Of a DNA stretch of 64,000 bases, positions 21,354 to 31,567 are shown piece after piece. The translations under genes were made by a program, and so were the position numbers. The first letter of the stretch is position 1. Each line of letters begins with the position of its first letter. This DNA is from Sedimentisphaerales bacterium. Its GTDB lineage: Bacteria; Planctomycetota; Phycisphaerae; Sedimentisphaerales; SM23-30. The notes beneath the pieces are model-generated. The model saw nothing but the letters and a program-made list of their open reading frames with translations, was not told the origin of the DNA and ran no database searches. The DNA lies in the NCBI GenBank assembly GCA_963663805.2, contig CAXXMR010000013.1, forward strand, positions 128,001-192,000. The letters run 5' to 3'.

Positions 21354-22628
21354 CTATCTGGGCATACTTGGCAGGGATACTGAGCCTGCTAACTGCGATG
21401 CTCGTTTAACCTGTAATGCCTTGTCCAGCTTTGTAAGAAGGTGCAGATTATTGTCTAAATAACGGCTGACGCAAAAATCCATCTCGGCTTTGTTAGCATG
21501 AGGAACGCCCATCTTCTTCGCAAAGGAGTATGCTACGGCCCTGCAGCCACCAAGGCAAATGTCGTGATAGTGGCAACTGCCGCTTGCACACTTACCGCGA
21601 AGCTGCGTATGTAGTTCGTGCGCACCAAATGGATTATGACCAACCAGTGTCGGTCTGGCCTTCTCAACGGTGCCTAATAAAAGTTCCTCGAAATCGTGGA
21701 GGTAGAAGCAGGGGAAGATACGTTGCGTCTCGGTCGAAACACTCAGAAAACCTGACGTGGTAGTGGGGCACCAATAGGTACCATATGCAGTATCATCGCC
21801 CTGCCCCGCCAAATAACGCAATGTGGAAACAGAGTAGTAATTGGGTCCGAAGGGAACGTCTAGTGAGATAGTCAGTCTGTCTGCGAATTCTTCGGCCAAA
21901 CGAACATACGCTTCCACAATCCGCCCCGCTTCGTCTCCATAGATGAACTCCGACATAGGCCATTTGGATGCTCGCCCTACAGGGAACACCCTAGAAATGT
22001 ACCACTTGTCTACTCCTGTTTCCGCCAGCAAGGTCGCTACGTCTGGCAGGCAATGAAGGTTCCGCTGATACAATGCCGTATTAACTACCAATCCCATGCC
22101 GTGATCCTTTATAGTACGAAATGCCTTCAGCGTGTCACGGTAGGTGGACGTGCCTGCATTTGTCAGTAGGCAGTGCTCGTGTTCAAGCCCGTGTAGGCTG
22201 CTCATCACAGTAGTAATCCCATGTTTCTTGAGTTGCTTAATGGATGCTGCCTTGCGGGCAAGAAGAACCGCGTTTGTTTCAATGAACGACTGGGGAAACC
22301 GACGGATCAGATCGAAGAACGGTTGGAAGAGCAAGGGTTCCTTGGGGTACAAGAAAGACTTGTAGCCGTGGTTGCATGCCCACTCTAGTAAGCCAGATAC
22401 GTCGGATAGAGCAACCCGCTTCGCTTCGTGGTGAGGTTCCCCCATGAAACAGTGTGCACACCTAAGGTTGCAACGAGTGTGTGATACGGCAACGACCCAC
22501 CGCTGGACAGGCTTGCTTCGCATAGCGATCATAAAGTCTTCAAGGGTCAATCCTGTCGCATGCCTAACACGATGCGACAGAGATCCAAATGTCGGAATGA
22601 ATGTCCATAACTCCACTGTGGACGTCAC
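21354..22628 (-). CDS. radical SAM/SPASM-domain protein
   Basis: CNLRCAHC, ETN, PVGRA; C-terminal YWC...PC...C...C...ICLGGCRA...C. Confidence 0.85.
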   Translation of the reverse strand: MTSTVELWTFIPTFGSLSHRVRHATGLTLEDFMIAMRSKPVQRWVVAVSHTRCNLRCAHCFMGEPHHEAKRVALSDVSGLLEWACNHGYKSFLYPKEPLLFQPFFDLIRRFPQSFIETNAVLLARKAASIKQLKKHGITTVMSSLHGLEHEHCLLTNAGTSTYRDTLKAFRTIKDHGMGLVVNTALYQRNLHCLPDVATLLAETGVDKWYISRVFPVGRASKWPMSEFIYGDEAGRIVEAYVRLAEEFADRLTISLDVPFGPNYYSVSTLRYLAGQGDDTAYGTYWCPTTTSGFLSVSTETQRIFPCFYLHDFEELLLGTVEKARPTLVGHNPFGAHELHTQLRGKCASGSCHYHDICLGGCRAVAYSFAKKMGVPHANKAEMDFCVSRYLDNNLHLLTKLDKALQVKRASQLAGSVSLPSMPR

Positions 22629-22720
22629 CTTATCTTATAGGCTGCGTAGAGAAACGGAACGAGCGCGGCTAAGCACTGACCATTCGAGGACAGTTTAGCC
22701 AATGTTTTGTGCTTTCTCAT
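22625..22720 (-). CDS. 31-aa ORF overlapping the rSAM/SPASM start
   Basis: GAGGA RBS; MRKHKTLAKLSSNGQCLAALVPFLYAAYKIR; GTGA stop/start overlap. Confidence 0.3.
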   Translation of the reverse strand: MRKHKTLAKLSSNGQCLAALVPFLYAAYKIR

Positions 22721-23100
22721 TTTTCTATCCTCGACAAATTATGGTGGTATCAGCATAAGATATACGGACGTTGCCTCCGGGGCGATGCCAAATCAGATCT
22801 TTTCCGCGCCTCCCTGTAAACAAGCAATAAGGTATTATTTGTACCCCACACGGTTGTGAGTGCCCGTACTGGACGCACGAACGTGTGAAGAAATACGCTA
22901 CCTGCATTGCCGAGACGTCGCACATGCCAAGACGACGGCCTTACGTTTGGTCTGTGCAGGCACTCACTGTGAGACCAATAGGGTTAGAGCTATACACAGC
23001 AACCATTCACCCGCGAGAGTTCAAGATTATCCGCTGGGATGCTTTTTTCGACGTGTTTCAAGGCCAGGCAGATCAGCAAATCAGCATGGGCCTGAGAAAA

Positions 23101-23310
23101 TCAGATCCTAACCTTGCCGCTGCCGTTACACACTTTGCAAGTGTGCCAAAATAAAGATCCTTGATTGGTTTGCCCTTCACCTCCACAACTGGCACACTCC
23201 ACAATGACCGTGCCCTTCTTTTGGCCTCCGCCATCAAGCGATTCACTACAATTGGGGCAAAAGTTGTCTTGTTCTCGGACTGTTTGTTTGCACTGTGGGC
23301 ATTTTGGCAT
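23101..23310 (-). CDS. small zinc-ribbon / DnaJ-type zinc-finger protein
   Basis: CPQC, CPNC, CASCGGEG, CKVCNGSG; AAGGAG RBS. Confidence 0.75.
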   Translation of the reverse strand: MPKCPQCKQTVREQDNFCPNCSESLDGGGQKKGTVIVECASCGGEGQTNQGSLFWHTCKVCNGSGKVRI

Positions 23311-23341
23311 GGCCTTCTCCTTTCCATCGTTTTATTTTAAA

Positions 23342-24404
23342 AGGGGGTGGGCGGTTAGCTCCTCTTCGATTCTACTTGGGGCATATGCAACCAGTTATAA
23401 CCATAGGCTATGTCTGTCTCGGTAATAGGCCCAGTAACAACAGCCTGCTCTAAGAGGCGGCGAAAAAGGAGGCCACGGCTCTTGGAATTGCGGCAGTTGA
23501 ACCGAAAGGTGAACTCCTCTAAGTAAGACTGTAGATGGGCGGGAACGAATGATCCCTGATGAGTGCCGAGTATCCAGCGTTTAAGCAGGCTGGAGATTCG
23601 ATGTACACCAGGCATAGAGACATGGGCAGGGTCCCCAGATGACGACACCATAGTTTTCTTGTGGATATACCCATGGTTAGGCACATCATTGTAGCCACCC
23701 CAGCCATCAGTGCATACCACAGCACCAGGTACTACCGCATTGCGGATAAACGGCAGCAGGTGAGTACTCGATGCATCTGGAATATGCCGCATCCGAATCC
23801 TGCCAAAACCCTTGGGCTGTTTAATCTCTACGGCAATCACCACAACGCATTTACTGGCACCACGGCCGCGTTTTCCTCCTTTTTCGACGCCCCCAAGCAT
23901 CGTTTCATCTACCTCCACATCACCTGACAACCTTTCGCGTTCGGCTCGTACCATTGCCACTCTGTATCGTTGCAGGATTGCCCACGCAACTCGATAATGA
24001 ACGCCAAGCGTACGTTCCAGGGTTTTGGCTGACAGACCATTCTTGGCAGTTGTCAAATGCCAGCCAGCCTCGAACCATGTTGTCAGTGGAGTCCTTGTTT
24101 TGTCAAAAATGGTGCCCGCGATTACCGATGACTGATGACGACAATTTGGACATGTCAACCGACCTCGTGACTGACGCCATGGGGTGGTAGCAGTCTGGCA
24201 GGATGGGCAGATGAACCCATTGGGCCAGCGAAGACACTCCAAATATGCAGCACACGCTTCTTGACCAGGAAACATATTGACGAATTCACGGTATGTGTGT
24301 GGGTAATCCGGCCTTTTAATCACAGAGGGTTGTACGTCAATTTGTTCTCTTGTGGATATCATACCCAGCATTATAGGGCAGGAGGAGCTAACCGTCTACC
24401 CCCT
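23342..24404 (-). mobile_element. IS1595-family insertion sequence
   Basis: Imperfect IRs AGGGGGTGGGCGGTTAGCTCCTC / GAGGAGCTAACCGTCTACCCCCT; flanking direct repeat TATTTTAAA. Confidence 0.9.
23355..24371 (-). CDS. IS1595-family transposase
   Basis: RWPNGFICPSC zinc ribbon, GTIFDKTR.PL..WF, VEVDE, TDGW, YLEEFTFRFN. Confidence 0.92.
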   Translation of the reverse strand: MLGMISTREQIDVQPSVIKRPDYPHTYREFVNMFPGQEACAAYLECLRWPNGFICPSCQTATTPWRQSRGRLTCPNCRHQSSVIAGTIFDKTRTPLTTWFEAGWHLTTAKNGLSAKTLERTLGVHYRVAWAILQRYRVAMVRAERERLSGDVEVDETMLGGVEKGGKRGRGASKCVVVIAVEIKQPKGFGRIRMRHIPDASSTHLLPFIRNAVVPGAVVCTDGWGGYNDVPNHGYIHKKTMVSSSGDPAHVSMPGVHRISSLLKRWILGTHQGSFVPAHLQSYLEEFTFRFNCRNSKSRGLLFRRLLEQAVVTGPITETDIAYGYNWLHMPQVESKRS

Positions 24405-24984
24405 TATTTTAAATACTAGAACTATAAAGCATGCCAAAAACATTTATTCATGAAAGTCTAGACTCCGTCCCCGTGGGAGGCAAAAGTTTAGTGACACAAG
24501 CCATTATATTACATCAAGTTACATCTTTTTTTAGAAACAGCTGTCGTTCAAGATAATACCGAACGTTGACAAATCTCCCACAAACCAACAGTGGTTGAAC
24601 TTGCCATATTGGATTTGGCGACTCTTTGGTGATAGGAAATGTCCATTAATAACGGTATTTCCAGTTACATATCGAGAACAGACAAAGTCTTGCCACATAA
24701 TTATAGGCAATTCTAAAACTAGTAGATAGTAAAGTCAAATAAAAAACAGCTAAAGAGTTTTCTTTTTCTGTCCTTCGAGACTTTAAACCATTTAACACAC
24801 AGGGTTTATGAATATCCACAGCATCGTACAAGCATCGCACCTTTCATCTTGGCCCCCTTCAAAATCAGAAGCTATTTTTTAACTCCTCCGTTTAATATAT
24901 CGATCTTCTCTCGTTCATAACCAAGTGACTCTGCCCAAACTTTGTTTGGCACATACGGCCCACGGATTGATATGCCTATGAAGC

Positions 24985-25686
24985 TCAGCAAGTTGTATTA
25001 TCTCGAAATTCCTTTATCAGCATATCAATCTCAGGAAGGGCTTTTCGAACAATATCTCGAGAATCTAAGGGTGTACCAAAAATATTTGCTAGTAGAATTT
25101 CTTCGGAAGACCGCTCAAGTATACATGCACTCGGCGTCGTTTGTGAAACAATCTCTTGCAGAATCTTTCGCCATGAGATTAACAGGGATAAAACTCGCTG
25201 GCGGTCTTTAAAAACTGTCACATTCTCTAAGAAATCTATGAGGATTTCTGTTATTTTAAATGTGTTAAGAGATTCTAAACGAGATAATAATGGCTCCTGC
25301 CAAGTGTCTGTCGGGCAATAATCATGAAAGTCACCGATACTAAATCTGAAGTCCTGCCTGGCCACAAACTCATCTAACACAAGACTAATATTTTCCAAAG
25401 TCGGATTTAAAAGTGTATATTTGAGCCAGTTATAATCTACGTCCCTTCGGAAAGTAATAATGATGCGCATTCCCTCGGCAACATCTATATCTGTCAAGTT
25501 GTTATAATGCTTACGTAACCATTCCTCATCGGCACCCCTAAGCTCTTGATATGTCCAGCTATGACTCTGCGTCGCCTCATCATCACGGTGATATAGGGAT
25601 AAAATCTGTGCGTTTCTGTCAGAATCTGCAACACCACCTCTCATAGACGCATACCAAGAACTCTGTGACCATCTCGAATAACTCAT
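24985..25686 (-). CDS. hypothetical protein
   Basis: 233-aa ORF with GAGGA RBS; no recognised motif. Confidence 0.6.
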   Translation of the reverse strand: MSYSRWSQSSWYASMRGGVADSDRNAQILSLYHRDDEATQSHSWTYQELRGADEEWLRKHYNNLTDIDVAEGMRIIITFRRDVDYNWLKYTLLNPTLENISLVLDEFVARQDFRFSIGDFHDYCPTDTWQEPLLSRLESLNTFKITEILIDFLENVTVFKDRQRVLSLLISWRKILQEIVSQTTPSACILERSSEEILLANIFGTPLDSRDIVRKALPEIDMLIKEFRDNTTC

Positions 25687-25770
25687 TTAAATTCCTCTTG
25701 TTATGAATTAGCAGGACGAATTATTCATGTGCAAAATGTTTAGTCATGATTTGACATTGCTGCCTTGTTA

Positions 25771-26727
25771 TCAATCCATGATAGTTGATTTTGGTCTTAA
25801 TCTTCCAACAACATCAAAATAATCACTGATTAAAGGCATCACATCGCCAAGAGTATGATAACACTGAGGGAGTTCTGTAGTAATATGTTCTCTTGACATC
25901 CAATATGGAAGATATACATCACTCCCGGTGTTTTCAAGATAGAATTCTTTTCCACTTGCCTCATTTCTTGACATTTTTCTTCCTGTGCTGTGATTAATTG
26001 TCCACTCAAGATCTTTTAATAAAGTTCTCGGAGTAACTACGAGAGCGTCACCCTCCATGGACGATGATATAACTCCAAGTTCTCCAGGCATCAATCTAAC
26101 CGAACCCTTTCTGTAAACAACACTTGAACCTTCAATAGTGACATAGTTATGAATCCTGTCAAATATGATATCTGTTCTAATTCCTGCGGCTTCCTCTATT
26201 CTCTTTAATATCTCTTTCCTGTTTCTTTTTGCATAAACAACGGCTTCATCATGTTCTCGTAGATAATCAGCACCTGTTAATCTTGATTCAAATACATCTC
26301 TGCCTATCGACATACTTCCTGTATGGATTAATACAGAATACTCGCCGTAATTTATCTGGGAGCTACTGGTATCTATAGACTCGTAGATAGTAATAAAATG
26401 ACACTCACTTCCACCCGATAGACCGCCTAATAGTTCTCTTCCTTCAAACATTGCTGCAGCAATTTTGTTTGTGGTGTCCTTTAGGTAGTCAGCAGGAGGA
26501 TATCTGAATCTAGCCAACAACACACCACACCCAATATCAGAGCCAATATAATCTCCACAGATATGATGTCCATTGCCATAAACAGCCATAGTTCCGGTGG
26601 GAAGTATGCCCTTTCCAGGCCAGACGTTCGGAAAAAAAACTATTTTTTTCAACGCTTTAGTATCAAAGCTGACATTTTGCGGTTTGCCAGAAAGATTGAC
26701 GATTTCAGGTTTCTTACCAATAGTCAC
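25771..26727 (-). CDS. RtcB-family RNA ligase-like protein, divergent
   Basis: IGSDIGCG, IHTGS, IHNY, RKG, NHSTGRKMSR, ELPQCY occur in RtcB motif order. Confidence 0.8.
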   Translation of the reverse strand: MTIGKKPEIVNLSGKPQNVSFDTKALKKIVFFPNVWPGKGILPTGTMAVYGNGHHICGDYIGSDIGCGVLLARFRYPPADYLKDTTNKIAAAMFEGRELLGGLSGGSECHFITIYESIDTSSSQINYGEYSVLIHTGSMSIGRDVFESRLTGADYLREHDEAVVYAKRNRKEILKRIEEAAGIRTDIIFDRIHNYVTIEGSSVVYRKGSVRLMPGELGVISSSMEGDALVVTPRTLLKDLEWTINHSTGRKMSRNEASGKEFYLENTGSDVYLPYWMSREHITTELPQCYHTLGDVMPLISDYFDVVGRLRPKSTIMD

Positions 26728-27365
26728 TTTTCAATATTCCAAGGCATATCAATATTTTAGGTAATCCAAATCAGTGCTGTTAATGCTAAACAAACTGATC
26801 ATATCACATTTATCTTCTTCGTTTTTAAACGAGACAGCGTAAAGTCTCTTTACATAAAACATCATTGCTAAGGTCACGGCGGCCCTGTAGCCCAAGCGAT
26901 ACATAGATGTTACACTACTGAACTACAATATCCAAGCATGAGCATTGAAAAGCCTTTAGAAGTTTTCGCTGACTCACATGTTAACTCCCAAGGCCGATGT
27001 TTGTCAATATATTCTATATAAGAACTGGCTCCTGAAATCACTAGGACAGACTCAGTACCTGCCAGGCGCACGGCAAAAACGGACATAATTGCTTGAATAA
27101 CACCGACTTAGGGCTAGTGCTGCGATGAATTCTGAGCTGATTATCTATTATAACCTTTGCTTAGAAAATACACAATGAAGAACTAATGTGAATTTGCCTT
27201 ATTCTTGACGTGATCTCATGTAATTGGTAAAGCTCTGTTTGCTTAAAAAAGCACAGATGGATTCCAGCACCACTTTAGGTTGCTCGGAACATTCAGTACA
27301 TACTAAGAAGCTCTAACACAACCCATTAATTAAAGCATGAAAACAAATAACTACACATGCTACTT

Positions 27366-28760
27366 TCATAAACGCTTCGTGGATATCATCGCGCCGTTCA
27401 TAACGAACTCGCAAGCGGCGGTTTCGAATAAGACGCCATATTTCTCTTCTTGCCTGATCATTGACTGTCCATCAGGATTCTGGTGGACATCCTGGTGTCT
27501 ATAGGGCATTTTGATACCTTCATCCTCAGCCCACACTCGAATGGCAGACAGGGCTTTCATTGGCAGTGTGGAATTACGAAAACCGGCGATCTGGGTGAGA
27601 ACGTAGCCCACATTCTCTTCTGTATAGCAGCGAGAATCTGTTATTTCAATTGTACAAGGTGGTATCCCGTAGCCACTAGCTCGAAACAAGAAGATATGGC
27701 CTGCAAGCAGATCCTTCACATAGTCTCTAGCTGAGCAACATTGCTGCATGCAAACTGCCTGCGTAATTAGGTCTTCACCTGTGAGAATAGGTTCCACAAA
27801 TCCAGGAATTCCGCGGATTCCTGAGGGTTTAAATTGGCAGGGGCGAAGTTGTTCTACATCACCAGGTAATACATAGCCGGCGATTCTGTAATAGCATTCT
27901 TGGAGTTTTTGCGGCGTATTAAATACTTTATTTTTTGCGCCACGCGCTTCTCCAAGCTTTAATAAAGATATTACGAACTCCAACATCGGTGCAAATCTGG
28001 CATGTTGTTGCCGACTATCTATGTCACCAACTAATCTAAGGAATCTACCAGTGACATGACTTAAAAATCGTCTGTTCGCCAGAATCCTGATGAGGTCAGG
28101 TCCTATTGCCTTAGCGTGATTGAACCATTTCAGTATGTGACGGTCTCGCAGTGTTTCAGACAGCCCAGATAAGTACAGTGGATCAGCTCCGGATTCAGTG
28201 ATTCTTTGAAATCCACCAACAGATGTGGACGGTAAAGAGCGATTTTCAAGTATCTGCCGCCGCCTCATAAGAGATTCTTCACTGCAGGCTTTACGCCAAT
28301 CATCCAGATCCATTACGGGCGCTTCAGAAGGCATATAATGGGCCAATGCAACCGCGATCATCGGGGTTTTGAGCAAGAGATCGCGAAACGCCGGGTCTCG
28401 GTGTGACATCCACACCATAGAGAATGGTCGTGCAGTCAGTGGAAGGCGACTTGCGCTGCGGAACAGTCCGCTACCAATCATTCTTCGCAGATGTTTTAGA
28501 TCACGCAATGTCCGATTATACCAACAAGCCCGGCCCTCACGCCTCCTGATCCGAATCATTTGCCTTCGTGATCTACGCGGCCTCCAATCGACTAGTCTTG
28601 GATCTACACAATCCCATGAAGGATTATCTTTTAGGAGATCAAAGCGATACAGTTCAATCGGCGGTCCCGACACAAAGTCCATCCCCACTTGGGAGCCGAA
28701 GAAAACTCCGTTGGAACTGGCGGCGGTAGTGAGATAATTTGGTGGAAACTGCATACTCAA
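27366..28760 (-). CDS. PcfJ-like domain protein
   Basis: C-terminal PILTGEDLITQAVCMQQCC...Y...TIEI...QIAGFRN resembles the PcfJ L..EG..M.HCV..Y...Q..G..N pattern. Confidence 0.55.
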   Translation of the reverse strand: MSMQFPPNYLTTAASSNGVFFGSQVGMDFVSGPPIELYRFDLLKDNPSWDCVDPRLVDWRPRRSRRQMIRIRRREGRACWYNRTLRDLKHLRRMIGSGLFRSASRLPLTARPFSMVWMSHRDPAFRDLLLKTPMIAVALAHYMPSEAPVMDLDDWRKACSEESLMRRRQILENRSLPSTSVGGFQRITESGADPLYLSGLSETLRDRHILKWFNHAKAIGPDLIRILANRRFLSHVTGRFLRLVGDIDSRQQHARFAPMLEFVISLLKLGEARGAKNKVFNTPQKLQECYYRIAGYVLPGDVEQLRPCQFKPSGIRGIPGFVEPILTGEDLITQAVCMQQCCSARDYVKDLLAGHIFLFRASGYGIPPCTIEITDSRCYTEENVGYVLTQIAGFRNSTLPMKALSAIRVWAEDEGIKMPYRHQDVHQNPDGQSMIRQEEKYGVLFETAACEFVMNGAMISTKRL

Positions 28761-29052
28761 CCTGTTGTTACATTTATTGGCTCAAGAACCTCAGTTTGAA
28801 TAACCGGTTCTCCGTTTTTCGCAATTGATCAGACATAGTGTAATCAAAAAAAGTAAATATAAAGTCATTGTAAAAGCATTCAAAGTCTGTGTCTCGTATT
28901 TGCCCAAAGTGGAGTTTGGAATTCGACTGTAATGCTGAAGGTGTGTGGTATATAAGAGCTCTTTGACCACAGTTGCAAATGTCCTCTAATACTAACATAA
29001 AAAGTGCAGTTACATAAATCGTGATATCCTGGTATAAAATCTTGACTTACTT

Positions 29053-29793
29053 TCACCATTGTTTATTTAATAAGGACTTTTGAGTCTCAATCGATTTATT
29101 CACAATTTCTTTCAAAACAATATTTGCCTGCTGCATTTCACCAGAAACGTTATCTGATACCTTTGTTATATTGATAATATTCTGGCACTCTTTTTCTTCT
29201 TGTGCTTTCTTTTTTTGCGACAATTCAAGGGCTTTGCGCTCACGCTCTTTTTTGGCTTTAGCCAGTGAAGTAAGCTCCAGAACAGGTTTCCAGCTCTCAT
29301 TTGCTTGATTTGATTTGAATTTTTTGCGAGCAGTTTTGTATTCCGGGTGGCGAACCTCAAGAGTGTGTGTAACTATATCGTCGCGCCAAAAGACCTTTCG
29401 TTCTTCTTTTACGAATCCTTCATCAGTGGCATAGGTAAGGAAAACGAGTAACCCTGCAGGAGGGAATATCGCAGTAACTGGCCCACCAACAATAATCGCG
29501 TCATCAATATTGGGGCCAGGCTTGTACGTTTTTCGTTCAACCTCATGTCGTATAACTGTAAGCGGCACAATAACAGGTGAACTGCCAATATATTTTCCGT
29601 CTAGGTAAACCTTACCCTTTGGAGACGAAGTTACATTCACTGAACCAAGATTAATGGTCGCTGTATTGAGGATACGCTCCTTGCAGACACAGCCAGGAAT
29701 GAGTACATTCATGGAAACAACTGCAAATATTAGTGTCGTTTTACAGATTTTACTTATGATATTAGCTGGTTCAGAGTTCTTAATCGCTGGCAT
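29053..29793 (-). CDS. PEGA-domain putative lipoprotein
   Basis: Hydrophobic N-terminus ending IPGC; VNVTSSPKGKVYLDGKYIGSSP...HTLEVRHPEYK. Confidence 0.65.
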   Translation of the reverse strand: MPAIKNSEPANIISKICKTTLIFAVVSMNVLIPGCVCKERILNTATINLGSVNVTSSPKGKVYLDGKYIGSSPVIVPLTVIRHEVERKTYKPGPNIDDAIIVGGPVTAIFPPAGLLVFLTYATDEGFVKEERKVFWRDDIVTHTLEVRHPEYKTARKKFKSNQANESWKPVLELTSLAKAKKERERKALELSQKKKAQEEKECQNIINITKVSDNVSGEMQQANIVLKEIVNKSIETQKSLLNKQW

Positions 29794-29977
29794 GACGTGA
29801 TCCCTGTTTTAGCAGACAATCCTGACTGGGCATTTCGATTTATATACTGTAGTTATGGTTCTACATCACTGATCATCTACGAGTATTTATTTGAAAGGTG
29901 TAGCATAATTATTACTACAAACGGTTCCTTTGAACTATGCGCGGATAAAATACCTGAATACTTAAATTAGAACAATT

Positions 29978-31567
29978 GTAACACTTTAGCCAAGTGAAGC
30001 AGAGAACTCCGCGAGTTTTGGCAATTTGCCGGTTTTGATGTATGTTCGCAGGGCTTTTTTGATGGTAGCAACCGGGTTTAGGCCGCGTTGTTTCAGGGTA
30101 AAAAACACGCTCATCAGCACCGATTGCGTTCGGGCTCCACGGTCGCTGCGGTTGTTATAGCTGTTCTTTCGCATGATCACCGCGCCGCGAATGCTGCGTT
30201 CGCCAAAATTATTATCGAACGGCACCTCGCGATTGCTCAGAAAAGTGAACAGCTCATCATGATGGCGTTTCAAACGCTTAATCAACCGCTGAGCTTCCTT
30301 GTTCGACCACTCATGCGCGATAATAAGATCCAAGCGTTTTTCGATTCGTTGGCAGCGCCGCTGGTAAACCGTCGCATCCAGTTCATCGATGCGTTTACGC
30401 AGGCGTATCGCGTCGCGAATTAATCGTTTGAGTTTTTTGGAGAACCTCGGCCAATCGCCGCTGTGGTCTTTGGCTTTCCAGACTCGCTCCAAATCACGCA
30501 GTAAGTGAACCAGGCACTTTTGTTTGGCGCATGACAATACATTGTAAGCATACCAGAAGTCACTTACGAACACGCCGTTGAAACATTCTTTGATAAATTC
30601 CAAAACCACCGGCCCGGCCCGCGACTGCTCGACCGTAAAAATCGTGGCTTGATGGCTGGTAAAGCACCATAACCAATGCGTTTTACCGTTTACCCGCCAG
30701 CCGGTCTCATCGCCGTGCAGGACACCGGCTTTTTGAATGTCCTCGATTATTTCTTCGTACCAGGCCAGGAGTATATCCGCTAAACGATGCCACATCTGGA
30801 CTAATCCGCCCGGCGACATCTTAAACCGGAGATGAAAATTAAACACCTCCAGGATCTGCGCTATCGTATTGCCCAACGCAAAGTGGAGCCAGGCACACAA
30901 AACCACAATACCATTGCCAATAGATGATTTTGGCAGAGCATCGGTTACGATCGGCTCAACCGCCTTGCGACAGTTCGGACACCAGTCGCGATGAATAACA
31001 TGCTTTACCGTCTCAACGCGAACATCTTCCGGGATGTCTTCGATGATTCGTTCACGTGTGCCGGAACATTTTTTCAGTTCGCCGCCGCAGTCCGGACAAC
31101 ATGAAGCGCGATGTTCTTCGGTACGGTCTATTTGGGTCGGCAGATTGCGGCGAGTACCTTGATGCCCTTTTTTACGGCCAAACTTTTTGCCGCGTTTTTT
31201 ATCTGTTTTGTTCGGCTTGACAAAAACCGGCTTCTGACCTGAGGGACACGAAGGATCAGCCGGACTGCCGGCAACTAACGTACCTTGTGTTTTTTCCGCT
31301 GCCAGTTTCGACAGTCTCAGCAAAACAAAAACCACCGCCTCTCTGCCTTGCTCGTAAATAAGCTCAGCCTGCTCCGCAGTCAATTCCTGCTCTAAGGCCA
31401 GGTCGGCGATAGCCTGTTCAGCATTCGGCTTCATCATGCTGAAACTATAAACCATTACACGCAATAGCGCAAATTACCCATCTTAACATTTTGAAGTTTT
31501 TTTGTCTTTTTTTTGCACAAGCCAACCCAAAAGCTATAGAATTTGCTTCACTTGGCTAAAATGTTAC
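29978..31567 (-). mobile_element. complete single-ORF IS66-family element (ISBst12-like organisation)
   Basis: IRs GTAACACTTTAGCCAAGTGAAGCA / TGCTTCACTTGGCTAAAATGTTAC; perfect 8-bp TSD GAACAATT at 29970-29977 and 31568-31575. Confidence 0.95.
29986..31437 (-). CDS. IS66-family transposase
   Basis: CPDCG, HGDETGW, WLWCF, SDF, QKCLVHLLR, FDNNFGERSIR. Confidence 0.92.
   Translation of the reverse strand: MMKPNAEQAIADLALEQELTAEQAELIYEQGREAVVFVLLRLSKLAAEKTQGTLVAGSPADPSCPSGQKPVFVKPNKTDKKRGKKFGRKKGHQGTRRNLPTQIDRTEEHRASCCPDCGGELKKCSGTRERIIEDIPEDVRVETVKHVIHRDWCPNCRKAVEPIVTDALPKSSIGNGIVVLCAWLHFALGNTIAQILEVFNFHLRFKMSPGGLVQMWHRLADILLAWYEEIIEDIQKAGVLHGDETGWRVNGKTHWLWCFTSHQATIFTVEQSRAGPVVLEFIKECFNGVFVSDFWYAYNVLSCAKQKCLVHLLRDLERVWKAKDHSGDWPRFSKKLKRLIRDAIRLRKRIDELDATVYQRRCQRIEKRLDLIIAHEWSNKEAQRLIKRLKRHHDELFTFLSNREVPFDNNFGERSIRGAVIMRKNSYNNRSDRGARTQSVLMSVFFTLKQRGLNPVATIKKALRTYIKTGKLPKLAEFSASLG

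Noticed and set aside
22725..23154. Short ORFs on both strands upstream of the rSAM/SPASM gene
   Set aside because: No clear RBS or motif; they cannot be distinguished from chance ORFs or gene debris.
24420..24437. sigma54 promoter TTGGCATGCTTTATAG
   Set aside because: The -12 GC is missing, so it is not listed as a feature.
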